This document shows positions 25,279 through 33,880 of a stretch of 64,000 bases of DNA, piece after piece. The notes under the pieces were generated by a model, which saw only the letters and a list, made by a program, of their open reading frames with translations, was not told the DNA's origin and did no database searches. The stretch is from assembly GCA_016182425.1 (NCBI GenBank), contig JACPGP010000016.1:9353-73352 (forward strand). The letters run 5' to 3'. Every line of letters begins with the position of its first letter. The stretch's first letter is position 1. The DNA comes from Candidatus Levyibacteriota bacterium. GTDB lineage: Bacteria; Patescibacteriota; Microgenomatia; Levybacterales; UBA12049. A program made the position numbers and the translations under genes.

Positions 25279-27159
25279 TTATGCAGCAAAGTCATGCGCA
25301 AGTGGCTGTGATGTAGCTCTCATACCAGCTCCTCCTAATGCCGCCGCAGAACCAATACCAGCACCAGTTAACGCACTAAGTCCAGCTATTGGTCCACCAA
25401 TAATTCCAAGAAGCACCAGCAGCCACCAAGGATTTCTCCCAACCTCACGAGTCATCCTTTCAACAAGACCTGGCCCACCCAGAGCGCCCGCACCCGCAAG
25501 TCCTTCAATAGCGCTTCTAAGCTCTGTTTTTACTGCTAGTGCTTGTTCAATCATACCTCGGCCCCACTGACTCATAACAATAATCTGCGCGTCTTCTTGC
25601 GTTACGCCGCCACTTAAGATTCTTTTTGCCAAAAGTTGCTTTACAACCTCTGGCTGCATTTTTTCGACATATGCTTTATCTGCAATAATCGCATTTGCCT
25701 CGGCAGTTGTATACGGGGCCCCTGTTGCCGGATTTACTCTCGTTATAAGTAGTCGCCGCATAACCGCGTCTGGGCCTTGCGTTAAAAGCAGATTATAATC
25801 TCTATCAACTGCAGCCCGGTCAATTGGCCGATATGATTCTTTGTGGAAAATACCTCGTCGCCTCTCGGCTCCAAGCCAAACTTGCTGGAGCGCGTCGTAC
25901 ATTGCTTTCTCATCTGGGTTACGATCAGCAGCCTGTTGCTTTAACTTCTCAAGTTCGGCATTTGCTGCATCTAAGTAGGTTTGCACCTCTCCATCTAATA
26001 CTCCATTTGCTGCTTCAGTAAAAACGCTTTGAAAACCATTCACGATATCATCCTCTTGGCTTTCACGCAGACTTCGTGCATCTTGCAATTTACGTTGGGC
26101 TCGTGTTAACTTAAGCATAGTTTCATTCATCTTTACCTCGTATCCTTGTTTTTCCTTATCTTGTATCCTTTTTTGTTCCTCAAGCCGCTGTTCCTCTTGT
26201 TCTAAAGCCGGGAGCTTTAGAAGATCTGCTTGTCGTTTATCTGCCTCGCCTTGAGCTGTCGTTAACTTTGTCCTCTCGGTAGATATTTCAGTATCTATAT
26301 CAAAAAGGGCCCTCCCAGTATAACCAGGCCTAAGCGCTGCTGTTCTTTCTGCCTGAAGCTGTGTTAACCTAAAATTAGCATCGTTAACCTGTGTTTGAAA
26401 GGTCGTAAGCTCTGTCTGTATACTAGTAATGTTTGTTTTTATTCTTTCAATTTCTGTTGCTTTTGCGCCCATAGGCGTTCCTCCACCAGGTCGAGCAAAT
26501 TCAGCAAGCTGTCCATTAGTTCTTGCTAATCTGCGATCAACGTCATCTATGTCCAATTGCCTATTTCTTCTTTCCAAATCTTCATTTTCAACCTCTGCTT
26601 CTGCTTGAGTAATTGCCTCGCCGAGTTTTCCTTGTTCGCTAAGTGTTTGGAGCATTTTTCCAACTTCTCCACCAAAACGCGGATCTCGTAATCTTCGCCT
26701 AGCCCATTCTTGCTGTTGATTAGCGGTCATGCCGTTAAGCTCCATTGCAAACGCGGGGCGAGTTCTTGCTGCTTGTAATATTCTTGTTTCAAGAACGCCT
26801 TGTTCTAGTGCTGTCATACCATTATAGCCATTATCCAGAAACTTAAAAGCAAGTGCTTCTGCGTTTGTTGCGTTTGTATAGCGTACCGCCTCTGGAGTAC
26901 CTGGTGTTCTTAATTTTGCGCCAGTAGTTGGATCTCTGGTTATTCCTATCTCTTCTATAACTTCTCTTGTCTTTTTTCGATCAACCGCCGGTTTTTTTCC
27001 AAGCTCTGCAGCGATACGCCACTCGCTCTGATTTACTCGTTGGTTCATGGCTTTAATAACCGCTTCTCGAGAACCTTGTGGAGGCGCTGCGGGCTGGGGC
27101 ATTGCCTCCCTAACTATAGCTCGTGCAACAAGCTGATCTGGTGTCGGTAGTGATGGCAT
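25279..27159 (-). CDS. Large (626 aa) coiled-coil protein with a C-terminal Gly-zipper TM segment; function unknown
   Basis: No signal peptide is present and there are long heptad-like stretches. The C-terminus reads NPWWLLVLLGIIGGPIAGLSALTGAGIGSAAALGGAG. It is GC-richer than its surroundings (53% in the line at 25321). Confidence 0.7.
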   Translation of the reverse strand: MPSLPTPDQLVARAIVREAMPQPAAPPQGSREAVIKAMNQRVNQSEWRIAAELGKKPAVDRKKTREVIEEIGITRDPTTGAKLRTPGTPEAVRYTNATNAEALAFKFLDNGYNGMTALEQGVLETRILQAARTRPAFAMELNGMTANQQQEWARRRLRDPRFGGEVGKMLQTLSEQGKLGEAITQAEAEVENEDLERRNRQLDIDDVDRRLARTNGQLAEFARPGGGTPMGAKATEIERIKTNITSIQTELTTFQTQVNDANFRLTQLQAERTAALRPGYTGRALFDIDTEISTERTKLTTAQGEADKRQADLLKLPALEQEEQRLEEQKRIQDKEKQGYEVKMNETMLKLTRAQRKLQDARSLRESQEDDIVNGFQSVFTEAANGVLDGEVQTYLDAANAELEKLKQQAADRNPDEKAMYDALQQVWLGAERRRGIFHKESYRPIDRAAVDRDYNLLLTQGPDAVMRRLLITRVNPATGAPYTTAEANAIIADKAYVEKMQPEVVKQLLAKRILSGGVTQEDAQIIVMSQWGRGMIEQALAVKTELRSAIEGLAGAGALGGPGLVERMTREVGRNPWWLLVLLGIIGGPIAGLSALTGAGIGSAAALGGAGMRATSQPLAHDFAA

Positions 27160-27160
27160 T

Positions 27161-27514
27161 TTAGATTTGTCCTCCTGTTTGCTTTGTTACATCTCCTGCA
27201 GTCTGTATTGCTTCTTCTATTTTATTTTCTTTTATAAGGGTTGAGACCTGGTCAATAACTTGTTTTTCGTTTTCCTCTTTAACCCCACCATGTTCTGCTA
27301 TTAAAATCTGAGAGAACATTGGCCACTTTTTAGATAAATCCGAAAGAAAATCCACAAGTTCAGCATTGCTTTTTGTATTGTCTATATTATCTAAAATGTA
27401 AGAGCAAATTGTGGATAGTTCGTTTTCGTTTATTTCCTGATTCTTGAAGGCCTCAATGACCCGTCTCATTACGCGCTCGCCGATTTTATTTTTGTATGCT
27501 TCATCTGGGCCCAT
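27161..27514 (-). CDS. Hypothetical small acidic protein
   Basis: 117-aa ORF whose stop lies 1 nt upstream of the start of the 626-aa gene, which suggests an operon. No motif recognised. Confidence 0.5.
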   Translation of the reverse strand: MGPDEAYKNKIGERVMRRVIEAFKNQEINENELSTICSYILDNIDNTKSNAELVDFLSDLSKKWPMFSQILIAEHGGVKEENEKQVIDQVSTLIKENKIEEAIQTAGDVTKQTGGQI

Positions 27515-27575
27515 ACCTTAAATTGAAACACACTCAAAAACTAAATGCAAGCACTAACCTTCTTAAGAGATACTA

Positions 27576-27614
27576 CTTTTCCCAAAAAACTCTGATTTTG
27601 TACCCTGTTTGACC
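27576..27614. repeat. Left copy of the 39-nt direct repeat flanking the doc cassette
   Basis: cttttcCcaaaaaactctgattttgtAccctgtttgacc. It differs at 2 positions from the copy at 28325-28363. Confidence 0.85.
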
Positions 27615-28009
27615 TACTTTCTTTTTCTGGTGTGGGTTTTAAGCCATTTGGCGATTTCTTCGATAGCTAAATGCTTATTCTCAACACGAAGCGGAAAATC
27701 GATAAACTCCTTTTTATCTACTTTGAATTCGTATCCATTTATGTAAAGAAATCGAGCGGTTGTGGTGATAGACGTGCGTTTGTTTCCATCTGTAAACGCA
27801 TGATTGAAAATAAGCGAATGGAAAAGCGCGGCAGCTTTATCAAGAATTGTTGGATAAAGATCTTCTCCGCCAAATGACGCCTGTGGTCGAGCAAGCGCTG
27901 ACTGAATCAACCCTAAATCTCTTATACCATGACTCCCTCCATATCGCTCTACCATATCGTCATGAATGGCTAAAACAACATCTAAAGTGATATAAATAAT
28001 CCCTTTCAT
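27614..28009 (-). CDS. doc: Doc (death-on-curing) Fic-fold toxin
   Basis: HSLIFNHAFTDGNKRTS is the Doc-type HxFx(D)GNKR motif. The gene overlaps the antitoxin by 4 nt. Confidence 0.9.
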   Translation of the reverse strand: MKGIIYITLDVVLAIHDDMVERYGGSHGIRDLGLIQSALARPQASFGGEDLYPTILDKAAALFHSLIFNHAFTDGNKRTSITTTARFLYINGYEFKVDKKEFIDFPLRVENKHLAIEEIAKWLKTHTRKRK

Positions 28010-28266
28010 TTTTTGGCTAACTCTTTTAACGCATCTTTATATCGCGCGTTAAATCCCTTGAGCCATTTTAAGAATTCCGGCGTAAGAGAGCCCTTTACTA
28101 TTTTAGATTCTACTGGCACAACTGTAAGTGTTTCGGTATCAAAATCTTCATCTACTCTAACTTTCTGTCCTGGTTTTATCCCTATCTCGTCGGCAAATCC
28201 CCGCGGTATGGTTACAGCATATGAATTCCCAACTTGAATTACTTTTTGTAACATAGAACTTTTCAC
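28006..28266 (-). CDS. AbrB/MazE-fold antitoxin partner of Doc
   Basis: VIQVGNSYAVTIPRGFADEIGIKPGQKVRV. Confidence 0.85.
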   Translation of the reverse strand: MKSSMLQKVIQVGNSYAVTIPRGFADEIGIKPGQKVRVDEDFDTETLTVVPVESKIVKGSLTPEFLKWLKGFNARYKDALKELAKK

Positions 28267-28324
28267 CTCCCTTTATTTTGGTTATAACAATATTATAACA
28301 AAGCTGTTGTTCTGTCAATATCGA

Positions 28325-28363
28325 CTTTTCACAAAAAACTCTGATTTTGTCCCCTGTTTGACC
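28325..28363. repeat. Right copy of the 39-nt direct repeat, followed by a palindrome and a re-duplicated GTTTGACCTA
   Basis: cttttcAcaaaaaactctgattttgtCccctgtttgacc is followed by the palindrome CCCAGCTgAGCTGGG. GTTTGACCTAT then appears at 28376-28386. Confidence 0.85.
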
Positions 28364-28396
28364 CAGCTGAGCTGGGTTTGACCTATTTTGATGATC

Positions 28397-28425
28397 TTGA
28401 ATTCGGATTTTTCACATTATATAAA
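28397..28425 (+). promoter_or_regulatory. Promoter of the prgI-virB4 operon (leaderless type)
   Basis: TTGAAT (28397-28402), a 17-nt spacer, TATAAA (28420-28425), then 7 nt to ATG 28433. Confidence 0.5.
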
Positions 28426-28432
28426 GAAAGTA

Positions 28433-29371
28433 ATGGAAAATCACCCTATCCCACAAGATGTAACCGGGTTTCAGTTTAAGTTAATTGGCAACATGACCAT
28501 CAAACAATTTGCCTACCTGGCAACAGGCATTGTTTTGGCTTGGGTTGTGTATGCCTTACCCTTAAGCCGGTTAATAACATTTCCTCTGGCTTTGATCCTT
28601 GGATTCTTGGGATTTGCGTTGGCCTTTCTCCCTATTGACGGCAGGCCAATGGATGCTATGGTAGCATACTTTATCAAGGCGCTCTTTACTCCCAATCAGT
28701 ATGTTTTTCAAAAAACCGCTCTCCAATCTGCTAATACATCGGCTATTCGCGTATTGCTTTCTACGCCCAAACCAGATCAGGCTCCAAAAGAAAACCTGCC
28801 GAAAGAAGAAAAACAACTCCAAACCAAAACAGAACAAACGGCGCCGCCCGAGCCCCAAACTGAAGAAAGCATCACTAGAAGTCAGTATGAATCTGTTATG
28901 GAGGCGCTTGGTCTTGCTAAAGCAGAAAAAGAACGGCTCGAGCAACAAATCCTAGTGCTTAAAGAAGCCCTGGCAAAAACCCAACAGCAAACAACAGCAG
29001 CACCACCGCCTACTGTCAAAAAAATTCCTGTAAAAACCTCACCGGCCACTCGGGGACTGCTTGTTTCCGATGCTCCCAACGTCCTTTCGGGCATTGTAAA
29101 AGATCCTAGAGGAAATGTATTATCAAACATCCTAGTTGAGGTCAAAGATAAAGACGGAAATCCTGTACGGGCTTTCAAAACTAACGCATTTGGTCAGTTT
29201 GCCTCTGCTACGCCGCTTCTTAATGGTGTTTATACACTTGAGTTCGACGATTCGCAAGGAAAGCAAAAATTCGATGCCGCCGAGCTTACCATAACAGGCG
29301 AGATTATTAACCCAATTGAAGTGACAAGTATCGATCAACGAGAAGAACTGCGAAAAACGTTATTTGGATAA
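28433..29371 (+). CDS. PrgI/VirB3-like T4SS membrane protein fused to a carboxypeptidase-regulatory-like beta-sandwich
   Basis: IPQDVTGFQFKLIGNMTIKQFAYLATGIVLAWVVYALPL...FLPIDGRPMDAMVAYFIKALFTP matches the PrgI pattern. The C-terminus reads GIVKDPRGNVLSNILVEVKDKDGNPVRAFKTNAFGQF...GVYTLEF. Confidence 0.65.
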   Translation: MENHPIPQDVTGFQFKLIGNMTIKQFAYLATGIVLAWVVYALPLSRLITFPLALILGFLGFALAFLPIDGRPMDAMVAYFIKALFTPNQYVFQKTALQSANTSAIRVLLSTPKPDQAPKENLPKEEKQLQTKTEQTAPPEPQTEESITRSQYESVMEALGLAKAEKERLEQQILVLKEALAKTQQQTTAAPPPTVKKIPVKTSPATRGLLVSDAPNVLSGIVKDPRGNVLSNILVEVKDKDGNPVRAFKTNAFGQFASATPLLNGVYTLEFDDSQGKQKFDAAELTITGEIINPIEVTSIDQREELRKTLFG

Positions 29372-29386
29372 TAACCATAAATTGCT

Positions 29387-31726
29387 ATGAACACTGCCCG
29401 AAGCATTTCAGCATCAACGCAGAAGTTTACCGAAATACAAGACATACGAGAAAACATTGTTTTACAAACAAGGGGAAACTCATGTTTGATAATCGAAGTG
29501 ACAGCCACCAATTTTTCCCTTCTTTCGCAAGAAGAGCAAGAGGCAAAAATCTTTTCATACGCATCGCTCCTAAACTCTCTCTCCTTCCCTATCCAAATCT
29601 TAATCCGCAATAAGCGCGTCGACATCTCTTCTTACACTAAAAAGTTAGATGAAAATCTGGCAAAACTGGCTCAAGAACAGCCCTCTCACCAGAAAAAAAT
29701 TTCTTACATTCAAAACTACCGATCTTTCGTGCAAGAACTAATTAAAGTAAATACGGTTTTGGACAAAACATTTTATATTATAATCTCTTTCTCTTCCTTG
29801 GAAAGCGGCATAGGCGGCGTGGTGATAAAAAAAGACGATTTTTTCCTCCAGGCCAAAGCAGGACTTCGTACCAAAGCGGAGTCTATTTTAAGCCAGCTGG
29901 GCCGGCTGGGACTTCGCAGTAAAATCCTGGATAAAGAACAGCTTATGCAACTTTTCTACAACATATACAACGATGGGTATGCTGGGGCATTGGCTTTTGA
30001 AACGCCGAATTCTTCCGTGGTTGATCTTATAGCGCCGCCTTCTGTTGAGATTGACTTTCGCTCCGTTCGTGTTGGCACAAAAACCGCTCGCACATTTTTT
30101 ATTGTCGGCTATCCACGTTTTGTTTCCGCGAATTGGCTAGCGCCCTTAGTCGATTTCGACCACGAACTCGATATTTCCTTTTTTATTTATCCCGCGTCAT
30201 CTCCAGACATTCTCTCGGATCTTCGGCGCAAAATCGCCGAGATGGAAGCAACCATCTCATCGCAAGCACAAGCTGGACAAGTTATTGACCCAACGGTAAC
30301 AGCAACCCTTGAGGATGCGCTGGGACTGCAGGAAGAACTGGCTAAGGGAGTTGAACGATTTTTTCTCTTCAGTCTTTATATAACGATATCTGCCGAAAAT
30401 CAAGCCGATCTTGAAAGCTCGGTAAAACGCCTCACAGCTACCATGGCCAGTCTTTTGCTTATAGCCAAACCAGCCACACTGCAAATGGAAGAGGGATATA
30501 AGGCCACTCTTCCATTGGGACAAGACAAGCTTTTTATGACCCGCAATATGGATACGACTTCTCTTGCTTCGATGTTTCCTTTTACCTCGGCCATGCTCAC
30601 GCAGGATAAAGGTACTCTCTACGGCATTAATCAGCAGAATAGTTCTCTTGTTATCTTCGATCGCTTTTCTCTGGAGAATGCCAACGAGGTTGTTTTTGGC
30701 AAGTCGGGCTCTGGCAAATCCTACTGCATTAAGCTGGAGATTCTGCGTCAGTTTATGCTTGGCACCGAGATAATTGTAATTGACCCTGAAGGAGAGTACG
30801 AAACCATTGCTCAAGCCTTAGGCGGCGAATATCTTAATTTTACGCCCTCCTCCCCGATTAAAATTAATCCTTTTGATCTTTCCGGGCTTTATGAAGAGGG
30901 CGAAAACGAGCTGGGACTAAAAATACTTTCTCTCCATGCGCTGTTAAAAATTGTTTTAGGAGAACTGGACGCTTCACACGACGCAATTTTAGATCGCGCG
31001 CTGGTGCAAACCTATCAACAAAAAGGTATTACCCATGATCCTAGCACCCAGAAAAATGAGCCGCCTCTTATGGAAGATCTCTACAAAGTACTTCTGGGCA
31101 TGGAGGACGCGGCAGCTTCGGAACTAGCTCTTCGCCTGGAAAAGTTTATCAAGGGAAGTTTAAGCGGTATTTTTAATCAGCAGTCAAACATCAACCTTGA
31201 CAATCCACTAACCGTCTTCTCCGTTAAACAACTCGAAGATCAGCTGCGGCCAATTGCCATGCACATTATTTTAGATTTTGTCTGGATCAGGATCCGAAAA
31301 ACTCTCAAAAGGCGGCTTTTGGTGTTGGATGAAGCATGGTATATGATGAAGTACGAAGACAGCGCATCCTTTGTCTATGGGATTGCCAAACGCGCCCGTA
31401 AATACTATTTAGGCTTAACAACCGCTACCCAGGACGTTGAGGATTTCCTCTCCACCGATTATGGAAAAGCTGTTTTATCTAATTCCTCACTGCAAATTTT
31501 ACTTAAGCAGGGAACATCAGAAATCGACATTGTCAGTAAAATCTTTTATCTTTCTTCGGGAGAAAAACAATTGCTTCTGGCAGCAAATATTGGTGAAGGG
31601 CTTTTTTTCGCCGGACAAAATCATGTGGCCATGAAGGTGGTAGCAGCGCCATTTGAACACCAACTCATTACCTCAAACCCGCAGGAAATTCTACAAAAAC
31701 AGCAAAATATACCACCAGCAGGATAA
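29387..31726 (+). CDS. virB4: VirB4/TraC/PrgJ-class T4SS ATPase
   Basis: Walker A is VVFGKSGSGKSY and Walker B is RRLLVLDEAWYMM. Size (779 aa) and the position after the prgI-like gene also fit. Confidence 0.9.
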   Translation: MNTARSISASTQKFTEIQDIRENIVLQTRGNSCLIIEVTATNFSLLSQEEQEAKIFSYASLLNSLSFPIQILIRNKRVDISSYTKKLDENLAKLAQEQPSHQKKISYIQNYRSFVQELIKVNTVLDKTFYIIISFSSLESGIGGVVIKKDDFFLQAKAGLRTKAESILSQLGRLGLRSKILDKEQLMQLFYNIYNDGYAGALAFETPNSSVVDLIAPPSVEIDFRSVRVGTKTARTFFIVGYPRFVSANWLAPLVDFDHELDISFFIYPASSPDILSDLRRKIAEMEATISSQAQAGQVIDPTVTATLEDALGLQEELAKGVERFFLFSLYITISAENQADLESSVKRLTATMASLLLIAKPATLQMEEGYKATLPLGQDKLFMTRNMDTTSLASMFPFTSAMLTQDKGTLYGINQQNSSLVIFDRFSLENANEVVFGKSGSGKSYCIKLEILRQFMLGTEIIVIDPEGEYETIAQALGGEYLNFTPSSPIKINPFDLSGLYEEGENELGLKILSLHALLKIVLGELDASHDAILDRALVQTYQQKGITHDPSTQKNEPPLMEDLYKVLLGMEDAAASELALRLEKFIKGSLSGIFNQQSNINLDNPLTVFSVKQLEDQLRPIAMHIILDFVWIRIRKTLKRRLLVLDEAWYMMKYEDSASFVYGIAKRARKYYLGLTTATQDVEDFLSTDYGKAVLSNSSLQILLKQGTSEIDIVSKIFYLSSGEKQLLLAANIGEGLFFAGQNHVAMKVVAAPFEHQLITSNPQEILQKQQNIPPAG

Positions 31727-31732
31727 AAATGT

Positions 31733-33400
31733 ATGGATCCCCAATTACGTATTAAAACTCACCCTCGGCAAGCAGATGTCCTCGCGCGAGAATGGGGCAT
31801 ATTTCTTAAAAAACACCCAGACGCTCCTCATTTTGAGATTAAAGAGCAGTTTGTTTCTTGGGCAAAAGAGCATGATGTTAACCTAAAATTGTGGGAGGGT
31901 AAGGAAATTACAGACGCCTATTTTTCCCTTAGGGAACAGCAGGAAGAAACGCAGATGCAAACAAAAGGATTTATTGACACTACCGATATTCCCATTGAGC
32001 TGACCTTTTTGCCTTTTTTGGCGGCCGCTTTTATCCGGGAAAAGCCTAAAAAGATCATGCAAAATGATGAAGAATACAAAAAAATTGTAGAGAAAAAAAA
32101 GGCGCAGTGGCAAGAGGAAAACCCAGGGAAAGATCAAACAAGTATTGAGTGGATAAACTATCAATATGGATCTCTTGAGAATCCAAATGCGCTAAGCGTT
32201 CATAATATCGCAGAAAAGGAATTCCGAGAAAATCCCCAATATGCAAACCGTGTAAAAAAGCATGATGATGAAAAAAAGAAGATCTATAATAATCCAGCAC
32301 ATGATCCAATTATCGCATGGCAAGAAGAAGAGATAGAAAAACATGCGCGAGCACGCCACGAATATCTTAAAAAACAAGATCCCTTAATAACAATTGGGCA
32401 AACGCGCGAACGGGTTGCTAAACGCGCTTGGGATCAGTTTGTGGAAGATCACCCAACAAAAGCCAAAACGTATGCCTTGGAACATGAAGGAATAAAAACA
32501 GCCATTGCTCGTATTACGGAGCAAAAAAAGCAAATAGCAACGCCAAAAATAGAGCAAAGAGTCATACCACAACCACCACCTTCAATACAGCAACCAAGAA
32601 CCCCACCGGCGAGTACCGGCCGTCCTCCTCTTCCTTTTCCAGGCATTCCGGGCGCAGGACTTACCCAAAAACTTGCTCAAGCCGCAGCAGGAAGAGCCGT
32701 ATTTATTGCATTTATTGGAGGTTTTATTGGTCTCTTTCTAGCAACGCTCGTCATTGTCATGGGAACAGCAACAACCCTCGAAGCCTCCCCAGAAGAAAAC
32801 AAGAGTGGAATATCTCCGACCATATCCCCCCCCTCTCAATCACCTTTATCAGAAACTGCAAAAAAAATACTTGATTGGACAATTAAAATAAGCAATGTCT
32901 TAGAAGAAGGACCGCTTGGTGACTACAATAAGATGATTGCAAATATTACAAATGGCTCTTACAATTCTACGAAACGAACAGGTGAATTCATAAACACAGG
33001 TCCTCGTGGTCTCTACTGGTGTACAAACCTTGTTATTGATGTGTATAATCTTGCTGGTAAATCTGGGCTCAATGATAATCACCAAGCTGTAGTTTCCATG
33101 AGAAATTTCTGGAAAACAGCACCAGGATATATCCACTTAGATTATCTAAGCGGTAATCATCAAAATATTCTATCTACTATCTTTCCCGGCTTTGCAATTT
33201 TTTTTGAATCACAACCAGGTGTTTTTACTGGTAATGAACATGTTGCTATAATTAAATCTAAAAGCCTTGACTCTAGAGGAAATGGATTTATAGAAACATA
33301 TGACGCTAATACTAACGCAAAAACACAACGCTATCCTGTTGTTAACTGGGATGTCAAAAATCAACTGTATACCCTAGTTGCCTTTGGCATTGTACAGTAA
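31733..33400 (+). CDS. Bitopic protein with a C-terminal CHAP/NlpC-P60-like cell-wall hydrolase (VirB1/PrgK functional analogue)
   Basis: A cytoplasmic N-terminal half, a Pro-rich segment and a TM helix AVFIAFIGGFIGLFLATLVIVMG come first. Cys (LYWCTNLVIDVY) and His (GNEHVAIIKS) contexts follow. Confidence 0.55.
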   Translation: MDPQLRIKTHPRQADVLAREWGIFLKKHPDAPHFEIKEQFVSWAKEHDVNLKLWEGKEITDAYFSLREQQEETQMQTKGFIDTTDIPIELTFLPFLAAAFIREKPKKIMQNDEEYKKIVEKKKAQWQEENPGKDQTSIEWINYQYGSLENPNALSVHNIAEKEFRENPQYANRVKKHDDEKKKIYNNPAHDPIIAWQEEEIEKHARARHEYLKKQDPLITIGQTRERVAKRAWDQFVEDHPTKAKTYALEHEGIKTAIARITEQKKQIATPKIEQRVIPQPPPSIQQPRTPPASTGRPPLPFPGIPGAGLTQKLAQAAAGRAVFIAFIGGFIGLFLATLVIVMGTATTLEASPEENKSGISPTISPPSQSPLSETAKKILDWTIKISNVLEEGPLGDYNKMIANITNGSYNSTKRTGEFINTGPRGLYWCTNLVIDVYNLAGKSGLNDNHQAVVSMRNFWKTAPGYIHLDYLSGNHQNILSTIFPGFAIFFESQPGVFTGNEHVAIIKSKSLDSRGNGFIETYDANTNAKTQRYPVVNWDVKNQLYTLVAFGIVQ

Positions 33401-33409
33401 AGGTGTTTT

Positions 33410-33880
33410 ATGTTTAATATTATGTTTAAAAAAATAAGCATTATTACTTTTCTCTCTACCGTTAGTATTTTATTTATAATCGTGCTCTTTAATTACTTTA
33501 CAAAAAAAACAATTAATCAACCGCCACTTTTGCAGAATCCAACCCCTACAACTTTTATTCCTATAAACACAACTCCCTCTATTGAGGATCAATTAAAAAT
33601 TCAAACACAGAGTGACAAGAAGTTTTCTGATTGGCAAAAAGACATTTATAAAAATTATCCGTGGTATAATAGTCTTCCTCTTCAAACAGATAATTATTTT
33701 GTTTATTTTGATTTAGATGAAAAAAAATTTATTGCATACCTATATCCTAAAACATCCTCCAAAGCTTCTCTTGAGGAACAAGTTATCTCTTTCAAAAATG
33801 AAATAATTACACAATTGGGCGTGCTAGGTGCTGATAGCTCTAAATATATTTTTCAATGGATTATTCAGTCTGAACCCTAA
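33410..33880 (+). CDS. Small N-terminally anchored protein (VirB8-position candidate)
   Basis: A TM helix ISIITFLSTVSILFIIVLF is followed by a ~120-aa ectodomain. It overlaps the dnaN 3' end convergently by 20 nt. No motif recognised. Confidence 0.45.
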   Translation: MFNIMFKKISIITFLSTVSILFIIVLFNYFTKKTINQPPLLQNPTPTTFIPINTTPSIEDQLKIQTQSDKKFSDWQKDIYKNYPWYNSLPLQTDNYFVYFDLDEKKFIAYLYPKTSSKASLEEQVISFKNEIITQLGVLGADSSKYIFQWIIQSEP

